Of a DNA stretch of 54,044 bases, positions 30,228 through 40,725 are shown piece after piece. Origin of the DNA: Gemmatimonadales bacterium (lineage in GTDB: Bacteria; Gemmatimonadota; Gemmatimonadetes; Gemmatimonadales; GWC2-71-9). Position 1 is the stretch's first letter. Each line of letters begins with the position of its first letter. A program made the translations under genes and the position numbers. Location: assembly GCA_041613315.1 (NCBI GenBank), contig JBFJHJ010000020.1:1-54044 (forward strand). Direction: 5' to 3'. The notes under the pieces were generated by a model. It saw nothing but the letters and a program-made list of their open reading frames with translations. It searched no databases and was not told where the DNA came from.

Positions 30228-30662
30228 ATGGTGACCGTCAAGGAGATCCTGGAGACGAAGGGGCGCGAGGTCGTCACAATGGTGGCGGCGGAGTCCGTGC
30301 TCAACGCGGCGCGACTGATGAACGAGCGGGGGATCGGGGGCGTCGTCGTGCTGGAGGAGGGCGCGCTAGTGGGGATCTTCACCGAGCGTGACGTCCTGCG
30401 GCGCGTGGTCGCGGAGCAGCGCGATCCGGCGAAGACCGCGCTGCGTGACGTGATGTCCGCGCCCGTGATTTCCTGCCGCCCCGAGGCGACCATTGAGCAG
30501 TGCGGCGCGCTCATCACCGAGCGGCGCGTGCGCCACCTGCCGGTGGTGGGCGATCACGGCCTGGAGGGCATCGTCACCAGCGGCGACATTCTCGCCCATC
30601 GGGTCCGGGACCAGCAGGACACGATTCAGTTCCTGCACAGCTACGTGTTCGACATCCGGTAG
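30228..30662 (+). CDS. CBS domain-pair protein
   Basis: LVGIFTERDVL, VRHLPVV, GIVTSGDI; AGGAG SD. Confidence 0.93.
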   Translation: MVTVKEILETKGREVVTMVAAESVLNAARLMNERGIGGVVVLEEGALVGIFTERDVLRRVVAEQRDPAKTALRDVMSAPVISCRPEATIEQCGALITERRVRHLPVVGDHGLEGIVTSGDILAHRVRDQQDTIQFLHSYVFDIR

Positions 30663-30742
30663 CTGTCCCCGCCGCGTTCACCACATGACGAGCAGCGCGC
30701 CGGCCGCGACCCGCGCCATCCCGGGTCTGCCGGGCCGATCGG

Positions 30743-31189
30743 TCATACGCGGAACTGACGGAGATGGTGGTCGGTGTGGCGATACACCACGTCGGCCCAC
30801 TGCTGGCCGGAGATTCGGCCGAACAACGGATTGCGCGGCCAGTCGGTCCGGTCGCGACGTGCGGCGAAGGCCCGGAGCAGCGTGAGCAGCTCGGCCACGT
30901 CCCGCGCGAGCGTGTCGGGCGGTGTGCGCCGCAACTCCGGAAGCGTTCGTGCATTCTTGGGGAACCCCACCCGCAGCCCGAACACGATCCAGCGGGCGAG
31001 CGCGGCGGTCACGGCGTTTCCGACCGGCGCCGCCCCCACCTCGCCCGTCGCCATGCGCAGATAATCACCCAGGTGGCACACCATCTCGCCGACGGACATG
31101 CGGCCCCAGGCCGGCATGTGGTCGGGCGTGAGGCGAGCGATCCGGCGGATCGTGTCGTCGAGCGTCGCGGGATCGAAGACGGTTTTCAT
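30743..31189 (-). CDS. DUF1569 (DinB superfamily) protein
   Basis: WGRMSVGEMVCHL, NPLFG, YRHTDHHLRQF. Confidence 0.88.
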   Translation of the reverse strand: MKTVFDPATLDDTIRRIARLTPDHMPAWGRMSVGEMVCHLGDYLRMATGEVGAAPVGNAVTAALARWIVFGLRVGFPKNARTLPELRRTPPDTLARDVAELLTLLRAFAARRDRTDWPRNPLFGRISGQQWADVVYRHTDHHLRQFRV

Positions 31190-31231
31190 CGCCGAGGCCC
31201 CTAGCAGCGTCCACGGCGCTTCCGCGCAACC

Positions 31232-32887
31232 CTAGTACGCATCGGCAAACCCCTCGCGGCGGCGGTCCGCCCCGGCGCGCTTGGCGCCGTTCGCGGGGTC
31301 GATCAGGATCGCCTGGGCGCCGCCGAACTCCGCGGTCCAGCCGTGCCGCACCAGCACCGTGTAGCCGCGGGCCTCGAGCGCGCGACGCACCCGCGCCGGC
31401 ACCCGGTCCTCAATCGCGATCCGGGTACCCGCGTAGCGTCGGAGTCGCGGTGCGTCGATCGCCGCCTGCGGCGTCATGTCGAACAGCAGCACGTTGTGCA
31501 GCACCTGGACGAGCGTGTGCGTCTGCCCATCGCCGCCCGGCGTGCCGAACGCGAGCCACGGGCGGCCCCCGCGGAGCGCCAGGACCGGGGTCAGCGTATG
31601 GTACGGCCGCTTCTCGGGCGCCAGCACGTTGGGGTGTGTCGGATCCAGCGTGAACAGCGCCCCGCGGTTGTGCAGCACGATCCCGGTGCCGGGAGCCACG
31701 ATGCCGGAGCCGAAGGAGTGAAACAGGCTCTGGATGAGGGAGACGACGTTTCCCGCCTCGTCCACGGCGGCGACGTAGACGGTGTTCGGGTGATCATCGC
31801 CGTCGGCGTCCTCGGTCGCCGGGGCGCGCCCCGCCGGATCGATGCCGGCGGAGAGAGCGGTCAGCCGCTCCAGGTCCAAGAGGCGCGCCACGGTGGTGCG
31901 CATAGCCGCCGGATCCGCCACACTCGTATCGCGATCCCGGGCGGCATACCGGATCGCTTCGGCGAGTGTGTGCACGTAATTCGGCGAGTTATGTCCCATC
32001 TGCGCGAGATCGAACCGCTCCAGGAGCCGCAGGATCTCCAGCAGCATCACCCCCTGGCTGTTGGGCGGCGCCGTCGCCACCGTGAGGCCGCGATAGGCGG
32101 TCGTGATGGGCTCGACCCACGTGGGGGCGTAGTCCGCGAGGTCCCGCGGCTCGAGAAAGCCGTGCTGTTCCCGCACGGCGCGCACCAAGAGCCGCGCGGT
32201 CTCTCCCCGATACAGCTCGTCCGGCCCGTTCGCCTGCAGGCGCGCGAGCGTCGTGGCGAGGTCGTCCTGCCGAAGCACCGATCCCGCCTCGGGTGGCTGG
32301 CCCCCCGGAAGGTAGGTTCGGGCGGCCTCGGCGTTCCGCTCCAGCTTGGTCCGCTGCGCGGCGAGGTCCTCCGCCAGCCGCTCGGACACCGGCAGGCCGC
32401 GCTGCGCCAGATCCACGGCTGGTGCGAGCGCGCGCTCCCAGCCGACGGTACCGAAGCGCTCGAGGGCGGCTGCCCAGCCGCGAACCGCGCCCGGTACCGT
32501 GACGGTCATGCCGCCGGTCTCGGGCATGCGCCCTGTGTCGCCGACCACCGCGCGGACGCGGGCCACGTCGGCGCGGCTTCCCGACCGGCCCGACGCGTTG
32601 AGCGCGTACACGCGTGCTGACGCCGCGTCGTAATAGAGGAGGAAGAGATCGCCCCCCAAGCCGTTCATGTGGGGGCGCGCGACCGACAGCACCGCCGCCA
32701 TCGTGATGGCGGCATCCATGGCGTTCCCGCCGTCCCGCAGGACGGCGAGGCCGGCCTCGGTTGCGAGAGGATGGCCGGAGGTGACGGCACCATTGGGTCC
32801 CTGGGCGTCGCGCCCCACTTCCGCGGAGGGGGTCGAGGCACACGCCGCGAGGCCGAGGAGGCTCGAGAGCAGGATGGTGGCTCGCAT
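31232..32887 (-). CDS. ggt: gamma-glutamyltransferase (lipoprotein)
   Basis: GGNAMDAA, GLGGD, TVPG, PPNSQG, NTVY (Thr nucleophile), FGSG, LHNRG, GTPGG, GADRRREG. Confidence 0.94.
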   Translation of the reverse strand: MRATILLSSLLGLAACASTPSAEVGRDAQGPNGAVTSGHPLATEAGLAVLRDGGNAMDAAITMAAVLSVARPHMNGLGGDLFLLYYDAASARVYALNASGRSGSRADVARVRAVVGDTGRMPETGGMTVTVPGAVRGWAAALERFGTVGWERALAPAVDLAQRGLPVSERLAEDLAAQRTKLERNAEAARTYLPGGQPPEAGSVLRQDDLATTLARLQANGPDELYRGETARLLVRAVREQHGFLEPRDLADYAPTWVEPITTAYRGLTVATAPPNSQGVMLLEILRLLERFDLAQMGHNSPNYVHTLAEAIRYAARDRDTSVADPAAMRTTVARLLDLERLTALSAGIDPAGRAPATEDADGDDHPNTVYVAAVDEAGNVVSLIQSLFHSFGSGIVAPGTGIVLHNRGALFTLDPTHPNVLAPEKRPYHTLTPVLALRGGRPWLAFGTPGGDGQTHTLVQVLHNVLLFDMTPQAAIDAPRLRRYAGTRIAIEDRVPARVRRALEARGYTVLVRHGWTAEFGGAQAILIDPANGAKRAGADRRREGFADAY

Positions 32888-32988
32888 AGGGGTCCTTTGG
32901 GCGGCGCGGCGCGCGGCCCGTTGCTGGTACTACGATCGCGCTGGGGTTAGCTTGTGTCCACCCACGCCCACCCGGTCGCGATCACGAT

Positions 32989-33408
32989 ATGTCTCCCGAT
33001 CCCACGAGACCCCACATCTTGCTGCGTGCCGAGGGAGCGGCGGCCGTGGCGTTGGCGGTGCTGCTCTACGCGGAGATCGGTCAGCGCTGGTCGGTGTTCG
33101 CGCTCCTGTTCCTGGCGCCCGATCTGTCACTCGTGGGCTATGCGCTCGGGAAACGTGCGGGCGCCGTCGCGTACAACGTCGTGCACACCTACGCGCTGCC
33201 TGCGGCGCTGTTCGCGGGCGGCTTCGTGCTCGAGCGGGGCGTCGTGATGGGTCTCGCCCTGATCTGGGCGGCGCACATCGGCGCCGACCGGCTGCTGGGC
33301 TTGGGCCTCAAGTACCGCGCCGCGTTTCGAGACACGCATCTCCAGCGGGTGCGGGAGTCCGTCGCCGCGGAGGCCGGCGAGCCCGAGTCCGGGGTCCGCA
33401 GTCCGTGA
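32989..33408 (+). CDS. DUF4260 family membrane protein
   Basis: LLRAEG, LAPDLS..GY, YN..H.Y, W.AHIGADR.LG.GLKY...F.DTHL. Confidence 0.9.
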   Translation: MSPDPTRPHILLRAEGAAAVALAVLLYAEIGQRWSVFALLFLAPDLSLVGYALGKRAGAVAYNVVHTYALPAALFAGGFVLERGVVMGLALIWAAHIGADRLLGLGLKYRAAFRDTHLQRVRESVAAEAGEPESGVRSP

Positions 33409-33412
33409 GCGC

Positions 33413-35377
33413 CTAGCGGCGCACCCACACGTTGTTCGAGCGGTCGATGTCTGGGAAGCTCCGCTCGGCGTCGATCTCGACGCGCGCGATCGGTGCCGAG
33501 GTGGACAGCGTCACGGTCGCGCTCCGGGCCCCGCCCAACCACGTCTCGACCGGCACCTCCTGGAATGCGATATCGCCGTTCGCCAGCGTGATCGTGAGCC
33601 GCGCCGGCATCGGGGCGAGCCCACGGTCTTCCACGACGATCCGATTCTCGTTCCCGCGGCGCGTCACAGACCCCACCGCCTGATCGAGCGTCCACGTCTC
33701 GTAGTACCACGTCCGCCAGAACCAGCCGAGGTTCCGCCCGCTGACGTGATTGAACGTGTCGAAGAAATCCCACGGCCTGGGGTGCTTGTACGCCCAGGTC
33801 CGAAGGTATGTCTGGTACGCCCGCGTGAACGTCTCGTCGCCGAGCAGGGCGCGGAGGGTCGCCAGCAGCGTGGCGGGTTTGCTGTACGAGGCGACGCCGT
33901 ACGCGGGCCCGGGGTATTGATAGTCCGACCGTCGCATGATCTCCCCTTCGAGGTCTGCGCGCGCCACCTGGAGGTAACTCTGCCGGTCGGGGTCGTCGGC
34001 GTCGGACCTGGGGAAGAACTCCTTACGGGCCTGGTTCTCGTTGAAGGAGGTCGTGCCCTCGTCCATCCATGAGTAGCGCCGCTCGTCCGTCCCCACGATC
34101 ATGGGCACCCACATGTGCGCCAGCTCGTGCGCGGTCACGTAGTAGAGCGCGCTATCGCCGGCGGTGTTGTAGTCGGAGATGAGCGTCATCATGGGATACT
34201 CCATGCCGCCGCTCACGATCTCCTCCCCTTCCACCGCGCTCATGTGCGGCCAGGGATAGGGCATCCCGGTCCATCGGGAGAGGAAGTCCACCGCGTGCTG
34301 CGCGTAGCGCCACACGTGCCGCCAGCGCGGCGCGGTCGCACGGTAGATTGCGTCCACCCGCGCGTAATCCGGCCGGCCGTCCCCGTCGCGGTCGCCCACG
34401 GCCGTGCGGGCGGCGTCCCACATCGAGGCGCGCGTCGCGCTGAACGCCACGTCCCGCACGCTGTCCGCGGTGAACCGCCAGGCGAGGTACCCGCCGGGCG
34501 CGCGCCGCGTCGCCGTGCCGGCGCCGACATCGCGCTCCGTGAGGACGTGGACGACGGTGTCGCTCTGCTCTGCGCGGCGGAGCCGCTCGAGCACCGCGTC
34601 GGGAAACACGGCGTCGGCGTTCTGGAGCCGGCCGGTGCTCGTCACGACCCATCCTTCGGGCGCTTCGATCGTGACATCGTACGTGCCGAAGCCGACGTAG
34701 AACTCCGCGTTCCCGAGGAACTGGTCGAGCTGCCATCCCGCGACGTCATCCAGCACCGCCATCTGCGGATACCAATACGCGATATAGAACAGGTCGTCGC
34801 GGCTCCATCCCATGCGACCGGTGGAGCTCTGCGGGATGTCGAAGCCCCACGCGAGCTCCAGCACCAGCGAGTCGCGCGTCGCGACGGGGCGCGGCAGGCG
34901 GACTCCGAGCACGGTGCCATTCACCGCCCAGCCGGCACGGGAGCCGGCCTCCGGCAGGTCGATGCCGTTGGCGACAACACGCGTGAGCTCGATTCCGCCG
35001 GTGACTTCTTGAGGCTCGTTCCGGACCGCGCCGGGGAGGTGGATGTTCTGCAGCAAGTGCAGGAACACCACGGGAAGCGGGTTGGGCGAGCGGTTGCGGT
35101 AGATGAGGCGGGCGCTCCCCTCGAGACGCTTCCGCTCCACATCGAGGCGCGCCCGAAGCGTATAGGTGGTCCACTGCTGCCAGTAGCCGGGCCCGGGCAC
35201 GCCGGTCAGCGTGCGGGTGCCGCGTTGGACGGCGGCGAGAAAGTCGGCGGGAGGCGTCACCGGGTAGGGGATGGGACGACGCTCGTCGGTTCGCGCCGGG
35301 GTCTGCGCCCACAGGGCGGTGGGGGCGAGCAGCAGCCATGCGATCGAGCGCGAGAGCCTGACCGAGTGACGGTGCAT
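33413..35377 (-). CDS. M1 family metallo-aminopeptidase (secreted)
   Basis: GGMEYP; HELAH...WMDEG (HEXXH-18-E); signal peptide. Confidence 0.93.
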   Translation of the reverse strand: MHRHSVRLSRSIAWLLLAPTALWAQTPARTDERRPIPYPVTPPADFLAAVQRGTRTLTGVPGPGYWQQWTTYTLRARLDVERKRLEGSARLIYRNRSPNPLPVVFLHLLQNIHLPGAVRNEPQEVTGGIELTRVVANGIDLPEAGSRAGWAVNGTVLGVRLPRPVATRDSLVLELAWGFDIPQSSTGRMGWSRDDLFYIAYWYPQMAVLDDVAGWQLDQFLGNAEFYVGFGTYDVTIEAPEGWVVTSTGRLQNADAVFPDAVLERLRRAEQSDTVVHVLTERDVGAGTATRRAPGGYLAWRFTADSVRDVAFSATRASMWDAARTAVGDRDGDGRPDYARVDAIYRATAPRWRHVWRYAQHAVDFLSRWTGMPYPWPHMSAVEGEEIVSGGMEYPMMTLISDYNTAGDSALYYVTAHELAHMWVPMIVGTDERRYSWMDEGTTSFNENQARKEFFPRSDADDPDRQSYLQVARADLEGEIMRRSDYQYPGPAYGVASYSKPATLLATLRALLGDETFTRAYQTYLRTWAYKHPRPWDFFDTFNHVSGRNLGWFWRTWYYETWTLDQAVGSVTRRGNENRIVVEDRGLAPMPARLTITLANGDIAFQEVPVETWLGGARSATVTLSTSAPIARVEIDAERSFPDIDRSNNVWVRR

Positions 35378-35517
35378 CCGGAACACTCCAGGGCGAAACG
35401 GGTCGCTCGGAGCGTACCCAGGTCGCCGCGGGCGGGCAAGGCGATCGATGACGGCCGACCACCCGAGATCGCCGGTCCCGGGTTGCGCTCCCCAGCCCGC
35501 CACGCGACTAATGCGAC

Positions 35518-36264
35518 ATGCTCCGCTCTGCCATGTGGTGCCTCGCGTTCGTCCCGGCCACCGTTGCGGCCCAGGACTCGCCGCGCGACATCGTGGATCG
35601 CGTGGATCGGCTGCTGCGAGGCCGGTCCAGCACCGGCAACGTCGTGATGGAGATCGTCACCACTCACTGGAGCCGAACGCTCGAGATGCGGATCTGGTCG
35701 CTCGGCACCGACTACGCGATGATCCGGATCGCGGCGCCGCCCAAGGATGCGGGCACGGCCACGCTCAAGGCCGGCAACGAGATCTGGAACTATCTGCCCC
35801 GCGTGGACCGAACGATCCGGCTGCCCCCCTCGCTGATGGGCACGTCGTGGATGGGGTCCCACTTCACCAACGACGACCTGGTCAAGGAAAGTCGGATGAT
35901 CGACGACTACGACATCACGGTCGGGTTCGAGGGTGATCGGGACGGCACGCGGGTATGGGAGTTCGTCCTCACGCCGAAGCCCGAGGCGGCGGTCGTCTGG
36001 GGGCGCATCGTCGAGCAGGTGCGCAAAGCAGACCTGATGCCGGTCTGGGCCCGCTACTACGACGACCGCGGCGAGCTCGCGCGCACGGTGACGTTCGACG
36101 ACGTCCGCACGATGGGTGGGCGGCTCGTGCCCGCGACGATGGTTGTCCGTCCGGCGGACAAGCCGGACGAGCGCACCACGATCCGCTATACGGAACTCCA
36201 GTTCGACGTCGGGCTCGACCCGGGCTTCTTTTCGCTGCGGCGGCTCCGGAGCGAGCGCCGGTAG
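35518..36264 (+). CDS. outer-membrane lipoprotein-sorting (LolA-like) protein
   Basis: Signal peptide; P.KDAGTA.LK, IWNYLP, SWMGSHFTNDDL, FFSLRRL. Confidence 0.88.
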   Translation: MLRSAMWCLAFVPATVAAQDSPRDIVDRVDRLLRGRSSTGNVVMEIVTTHWSRTLEMRIWSLGTDYAMIRIAAPPKDAGTATLKAGNEIWNYLPRVDRTIRLPPSLMGTSWMGSHFTNDDLVKESRMIDDYDITVGFEGDRDGTRVWEFVLTPKPEAAVVWGRIVEQVRKADLMPVWARYYDDRGELARTVTFDDVRTMGGRLVPATMVVRPADKPDERTTIRYTELQFDVGLDPGFFSLRRLRSERR

Positions 36265-36268
36265 CACG

Positions 36269-37528
36269 ATGCCGGCGAGCCCGTGGTGGGTGATCGGCTG
36301 GCGCAACCTCGGCCGAAACCGGCGGCGCACCGCCCTCACGGCGGCCGCCCTCGCCGTCGGCTACTTCGCCGTGGTGGTGCTCGTCGGGTTGATGAAGGGC
36401 CTCGTCACCGAGATGATCGGCAACGGGACCGGCATCCTCACGGGGCAGCTCCAGGTGCATGCGGCCGATTACCGTCCCGATCGGAGTGTGTATGCGACGA
36501 TCGGGGGCGCCGGGGGCGTGGATGTCGATGCGCTGGTGGCCGCCATCGTCGCCGATCCCGCCGTGGCCGCGGCGACGCCGCGCGTGTACGGCGGCGGCCT
36601 GATCAGCGCCGGCGCCGCCACCGTGGCGGCGATCTTCGTCGGCGTCGACGTCGAGCGCGAGCCGCAGGTCGCACGGTTGACCCAGGCGCTCACGCGCGGG
36701 CGCGCGCTGCGGCCGGGCGTGAACGAACTGCTTGTGGGCACGGAGATGGCGCGCACCTTGGGGGTGGACCCCGGGGACGAGCTCGTCGTGGTGGCGCCCG
36801 CCGTGGACGGCTCGCTGGGCAACGACCTCTTCGTCGTCGTCGGCGTGTTCGAGAGCGATCTCGCCGATCTCGATCGCACCTTCGCCCTGCTGCCCGTCGG
36901 TGCGCTCCAGGCGCTCATCGCGCTGCCCCCGTCCCGCGTCCACGAGATCGCGGCGCGCGTCCCCGAGCCGTGGCGCGCCCCGGAGGCTGCCGCGCGGGTC
37001 GATACGGCACTGGCGGCCCTCAGGACCGGGGCGGTGGCCGAGCCCTGGACCACGCTGCGGCCAGAGCTGGTCGAGTATGCCGAGTTGAGCGGCGCCTTCT
37101 CGTGGATCCTGCTGGTCGTGGTGTTTGCCATGGCCATTTTCGGCGTCGCGAACACCATGCTCATGGCGACCTTCGAGCGGCGCCGCGAGTTCGCCGTGCT
37201 TCGCGCGCTCGGGACCACTCCCGGTGGCATCGTGCGATCGGTGCTCTATGAAGCCCTCGTGCTGGGCGCGCTGAGCCTGGCGGTGGGCGCCGCGCTCACC
37301 GTCCCGGTCCTCGTCTGGTGGCATAACGTGCCGCCCGACCTGAGCTGGCTGTTCGGCGACTTCGAGATGGCCGGAGCGCTCGTACGCCCGGTCCTCCGGG
37401 TCGAATACCCGCGCGACATGCTGGTGGGGACGGCCCTCGCCCTGTTTGCGACGGCCTGCCTGGCAGCGCTGTATCCGGCGATCCGCGCGGCGCGCCTGCC
37501 GCCGGCGGACACCTTGGCGGGACGGTGA
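36269..37528 (+). CDS. ABC transporter permease (LolC/E, FtsX-like)
   Basis: WRNLGRNRRRT, NTMLMATFERRREF.VLRALG, YPAIRAARL. Confidence 0.92.
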   Translation: MPASPWWVIGWRNLGRNRRRTALTAAALAVGYFAVVVLVGLMKGLVTEMIGNGTGILTGQLQVHAADYRPDRSVYATIGGAGGVDVDALVAAIVADPAVAAATPRVYGGGLISAGAATVAAIFVGVDVEREPQVARLTQALTRGRALRPGVNELLVGTEMARTLGVDPGDELVVVAPAVDGSLGNDLFVVVGVFESDLADLDRTFALLPVGALQALIALPPSRVHEIAARVPEPWRAPEAAARVDTALAALRTGAVAEPWTTLRPELVEYAELSGAFSWILLVVVFAMAIFGVANTMLMATFERRREFAVLRALGTTPGGIVRSVLYEALVLGALSLAVGAALTVPVLVWWHNVPPDLSWLFGDFEMAGALVRPVLRVEYPRDMLVGTALALFATACLAALYPAIRAARLPPADTLAGR

Positions 37529-38796
37529 CCGGCCGCCTGCGCCTGCTCCCGCGGCTCGCGCTGCGCAACGTCCGACGGCAGGCCCGGCGCAGCCTGCTCA
37601 CCGCCGCCGCCATGGTGATCGGGGTCGCGCTGTTGGTCTTTTCCCGCGCCCTCGGTGATGGTGCCCACCAAGAGTGGATCGACGCCGCCGTGCGACTCGG
37701 GGCGGGACACGTCGCGCTGCAGGCGCCGGGCTTCGCCGCGAGCCGCACGCTGGAGGACCGGCTCTCGCCGGACGCGGTGCGGCGGGCGCGGGCCCTCATC
37801 GAGGCGCCCGACGTCGCGGCCGCCGTGGCCCACGTCGCCCCACGCCTCGAGGTCCAAGCACTCGCCAGCGCTGCGTCCGGCGCCGTCCCGGTGATGATCG
37901 TCGGCGTGGACCCGGCGGTGGAGCGGGAGTTCTCCCGTCTCGACGGGCGACTGATCGCCGGCCGGTACCTGCAGGCCGGAGACCGGCTGCACGCCTATGT
38001 CGGCGAACGCCTCATGGACCGGCTCCATCTCGAGCTGGGGTCGCGGGTGGTGCTCACGGCGCAGGACGCGGCCGGCGACATCGCCGGCCAGCTCGTCCGC
38101 GTGGTCGGGGTCTTCCGTACGGGCTTGCCGGAAGCCGATGAGGGGCTGGTGCAGATTCCGCTGGTCACCGTGCAGCAGTGGCTCGGCAGCGACGGGGCCG
38201 TCACGACGCTGGCGGTGCTGCTCCGCTCATCGTGGGATGTGCCGCGGATCCTGCGGCGCCTCGAGGCGTCGCGGACGCCCGCGGATTCCGCGCTCGTCGC
38301 CCTCGGATGGCGCCGCACCATGCCCGAGCTCGACGCGGCGATCCGGGTGGACGACTACGGGGACTACGTCTTCCACATCGTGTTGTTCGCGATCATCGTG
38401 CTGGCCATCGTGAACACGGTCCTCATGTCCGTGCTCTATCGCACGCGCGAGTTCGGCGTGCTGCGGGCCCTGGGACTCACGAGCCGGGAGACCGCCGCGT
38501 TGGTGTTCACCGAGGGCATGATGCTGACGATCGCGAGCGGCTTCCTCGGGATGATCCTGGGGTTCGCCGTCACGTGGGTCTTCTTCCGGCACGGGCTCGA
38601 CTACTCGGGGCTCCTGGAAAACGAGTTCACGTTCTCGGGAGTGGTGCTCGAGCCGGTTATCATACCGGTGTTCCGCGTGGTGCAGCTGGTGCAGAGCATG
38701 GGCTCCATTCTCGCGGTGGGCACCCTGGCGTCCCTCTATCCGGCGTTCCGGGCGACGCGCATCGACGTTGCCGAGGCCATGAAATTCGAAGCATGA
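37525..38796 (+). CDS. ABC transporter permease (LolC/E, FtsX-like)
   Basis: ALRNVRRQARRS, NTVLMSVLYRTREFGVLRALG, YPAFRA; GTGA overlap with previous gene. Confidence 0.92.
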   Translation: MTGRLRLLPRLALRNVRRQARRSLLTAAAMVIGVALLVFSRALGDGAHQEWIDAAVRLGAGHVALQAPGFAASRTLEDRLSPDAVRRARALIEAPDVAAAVAHVAPRLEVQALASAASGAVPVMIVGVDPAVEREFSRLDGRLIAGRYLQAGDRLHAYVGERLMDRLHLELGSRVVLTAQDAAGDIAGQLVRVVGVFRTGLPEADEGLVQIPLVTVQQWLGSDGAVTTLAVLLRSSWDVPRILRRLEASRTPADSALVALGWRRTMPELDAAIRVDDYGDYVFHIVLFAIIVLAIVNTVLMSVLYRTREFGVLRALGLTSRETAALVFTEGMMLTIASGFLGMILGFAVTWVFFRHGLDYSGLLENEFTFSGVVLEPVIIPVFRVVQLVQSMGSILAVGTLASLYPAFRATRIDVAEAMKFEA

Positions 38797-39503
38797 CGCA
38801 TCCACCGACGCCGGCCGTCGCGGCCGAGGGAGTCTGGAAGGTCTTCGAGCACGACGGCATCGTCGTGGACGCCGTGCGCGACGTGACCATGGACATCGCT
38901 GCGGGAGAGTTCGTCGTCCTGGCCGGGCCGTCGGGCTCGGGAAAGACCACGCTGCTCAATCTCCTTGGCGGGCTGACGGCGGTCACGCGAGGGCGGATCC
39001 GGATCGAGGGCGCGGAGCTGGGCGCGATGTCCGAGCGCGAGCGCGCTCGACTCCGCCTCGACCGGCTCGGGTTCGTGTTCCAGGCGTACAATCTCTTGCC
39101 CGTCCTCACCGCCTACGAGAACGCGGAGTTCTCCTTGCTCCTGCGAGGGGTGCCGGCCGACGAGCGGCGGCGGCTCGTCGTGGAGCTGTTTGCCCGCATC
39201 GGGATCGCAGGCCTGGAAGATCGCCGGCCGTCGAAGTTGTCCGGCGGCCAGCAGCAGCGGGTCGCGGTGGCCCGGGCCGTCGTGGGACGCCCCGCCCTGG
39301 TGCTGGCCGACGAACCGACGGCGAACCTCGACTCCGCGACGAGCGCTTCCCTGGTGGACATGATGGCGGAGCTCAACCGGGAGATGGGCACGACGTTCGT
39401 GTTCGCCACGCACGACCAGGATCTCATGCGTCGGGCGCGGCGGCTGGTGCGGCTGGTGGATGGGGCGATCGTGTCCGACCAGCGTCAGACATCTGAGACC
39501 TGA
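38793..39503 (+). CDS. ABC transporter ATP-binding protein (LolD-like)
   Basis: GPSGSGKTT, LSGGQQQRVA, LADEPTANLD, ATHD; ATGA overlap. Confidence 0.95.
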   Translation: MTHPPTPAVAAEGVWKVFEHDGIVVDAVRDVTMDIAAGEFVVLAGPSGSGKTTLLNLLGGLTAVTRGRIRIEGAELGAMSERERARLRLDRLGFVFQAYNLLPVLTAYENAEFSLLLRGVPADERRRLVVELFARIGIAGLEDRRPSKLSGGQQQRVAVARAVVGRPALVLADEPTANLDSATSASLVDMMAELNREMGTTFVFATHDQDLMRRARRLVRLVDGAIVSDQRQTSET

Positions 39504-39507
39504 GTCG

Positions 39508-40677
39508 GTGCGCGGCCTGGGAGTGGCGCTGCTCTTCGGCGTCGTCGCCGCACCCGCGGCGGCGCAAGCGCCATCGTTGCGGGGCTATGTGCTCGTCGTG
39601 GGAGTTGGGGCGACGTCGGGCCCGTTCACCGCGTCAGGGATCGTGGATCTCCAGCGTGCGCGCGCAATGCTCGCGCCTACGTTCGGCCTCGTGGCGCTGG
39701 ACGCGGCGTACGAGCAGCAGCTGGCCTACCGGAGCGCGGCGGACGCCGCGGGCATCGCCGGGGGACTCGGCCAGGCGGGCAGTGCCACGTGGCTGCCGTT
39801 GCAGGGCTCGGCGGAGCTGTCGGAGCACTGGACGTGGGCGCACCGGGTTGATCGGCTCGCGCTGACCGTCTCGGCGCCGTGGGCCGAGATCACGGTGGGG
39901 CGCCAGACGATCTCCTGGGCGACCACGCTGCTGCTCACCCCCGCCGACCCGTTCGCCCCGTTCGAGCCGTCGCAGCCGTTCCGCGAGTACCGTGCGGGGA
40001 TTGACGCGGCCCGCGTCCAGGTGTTTCCCGGACCGTTCACCGAGGTGGACCTCGTGCTGCGACCTGCCGATACGCCGGCGGGCCGGACGATCACCGCGCT
40101 CGCTCGCGCCGCGTCGCACGTCGGCACATGGGAGCTCTCCGCTTGGGCCGGCGTCGTCCACGACGATCCCGCGGCCGCCACCGCGGCCACCGTCACCGTG
40201 GGCGGGGCGGTCGTGCGGTTCGAAGCGACGCTGCGGCGCGCCGCGGGCACGTGGGTGTCACGCGCGACCCTCGGCGTGGATCGTAGCGTCACGATCTCCC
40301 GGCGTACCCTGTACGTGGCGGTCGAGTACCAGCACGACGGATTCGGCGCCGCGGACGGCGACGACCTGGCTCGCGTCGTGGCGTCCGCGCCCGCGCGCCG
40401 CGGCGAGCTGCAAACGTTCGGCCGCGACGCCGCCGCCGTACAGGCGCGATTCGATCTGCATCCCCTCGTGGCGGCCCATGTGCTCGGCCTGTGGAACCTC
40501 GGTGACGGCAGTCTGCTCGTTGCCCCCGCGGCCAGCTACGGGGTGGCCGCCAGTCTGAGTCTCCGGGCCGGGCTCTTCCTCGGCGCCGGGCGCGATCGCG
40601 CCACCGCCGGCCTCCCGGGATCGGAGTACGGTCCAGTGCCTGCCGTCGGCTACCTGTCCCTCAGCGCCTTTTTTTGA
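39508..40677 (+). CDS. putative outer-membrane beta-barrel protein
   Basis: Signal peptide, HRVDRL, ITVGRQ.ISW, amphipathic strands, terminal F; last gene of the Lol-like operon; start uncertain (39460 or 39508). Confidence 0.75.
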   Translation: MRGLGVALLFGVVAAPAAAQAPSLRGYVLVVGVGATSGPFTASGIVDLQRARAMLAPTFGLVALDAAYEQQLAYRSAADAAGIAGGLGQAGSATWLPLQGSAELSEHWTWAHRVDRLALTVSAPWAEITVGRQTISWATTLLLTPADPFAPFEPSQPFREYRAGIDAARVQVFPGPFTEVDLVLRPADTPAGRTITALARAASHVGTWELSAWAGVVHDDPAAATAATVTVGGAVVRFEATLRRAAGTWVSRATLGVDRSVTISRRTLYVAVEYQHDGFGAADGDDLARVVASAPARRGELQTFGRDAAAVQARFDLHPLVAAHVLGLWNLGDGSLLVAPAASYGVAASLSLRAGLFLGAGRDRATAGLPGSEYGPVPAVGYLSLSAFF

Positions 40678-40725
40678 CCGGCCGGCCGCGCCGCCACGGC
40701 TTGCGCGCCGCGCGCCGCGAGGGCC

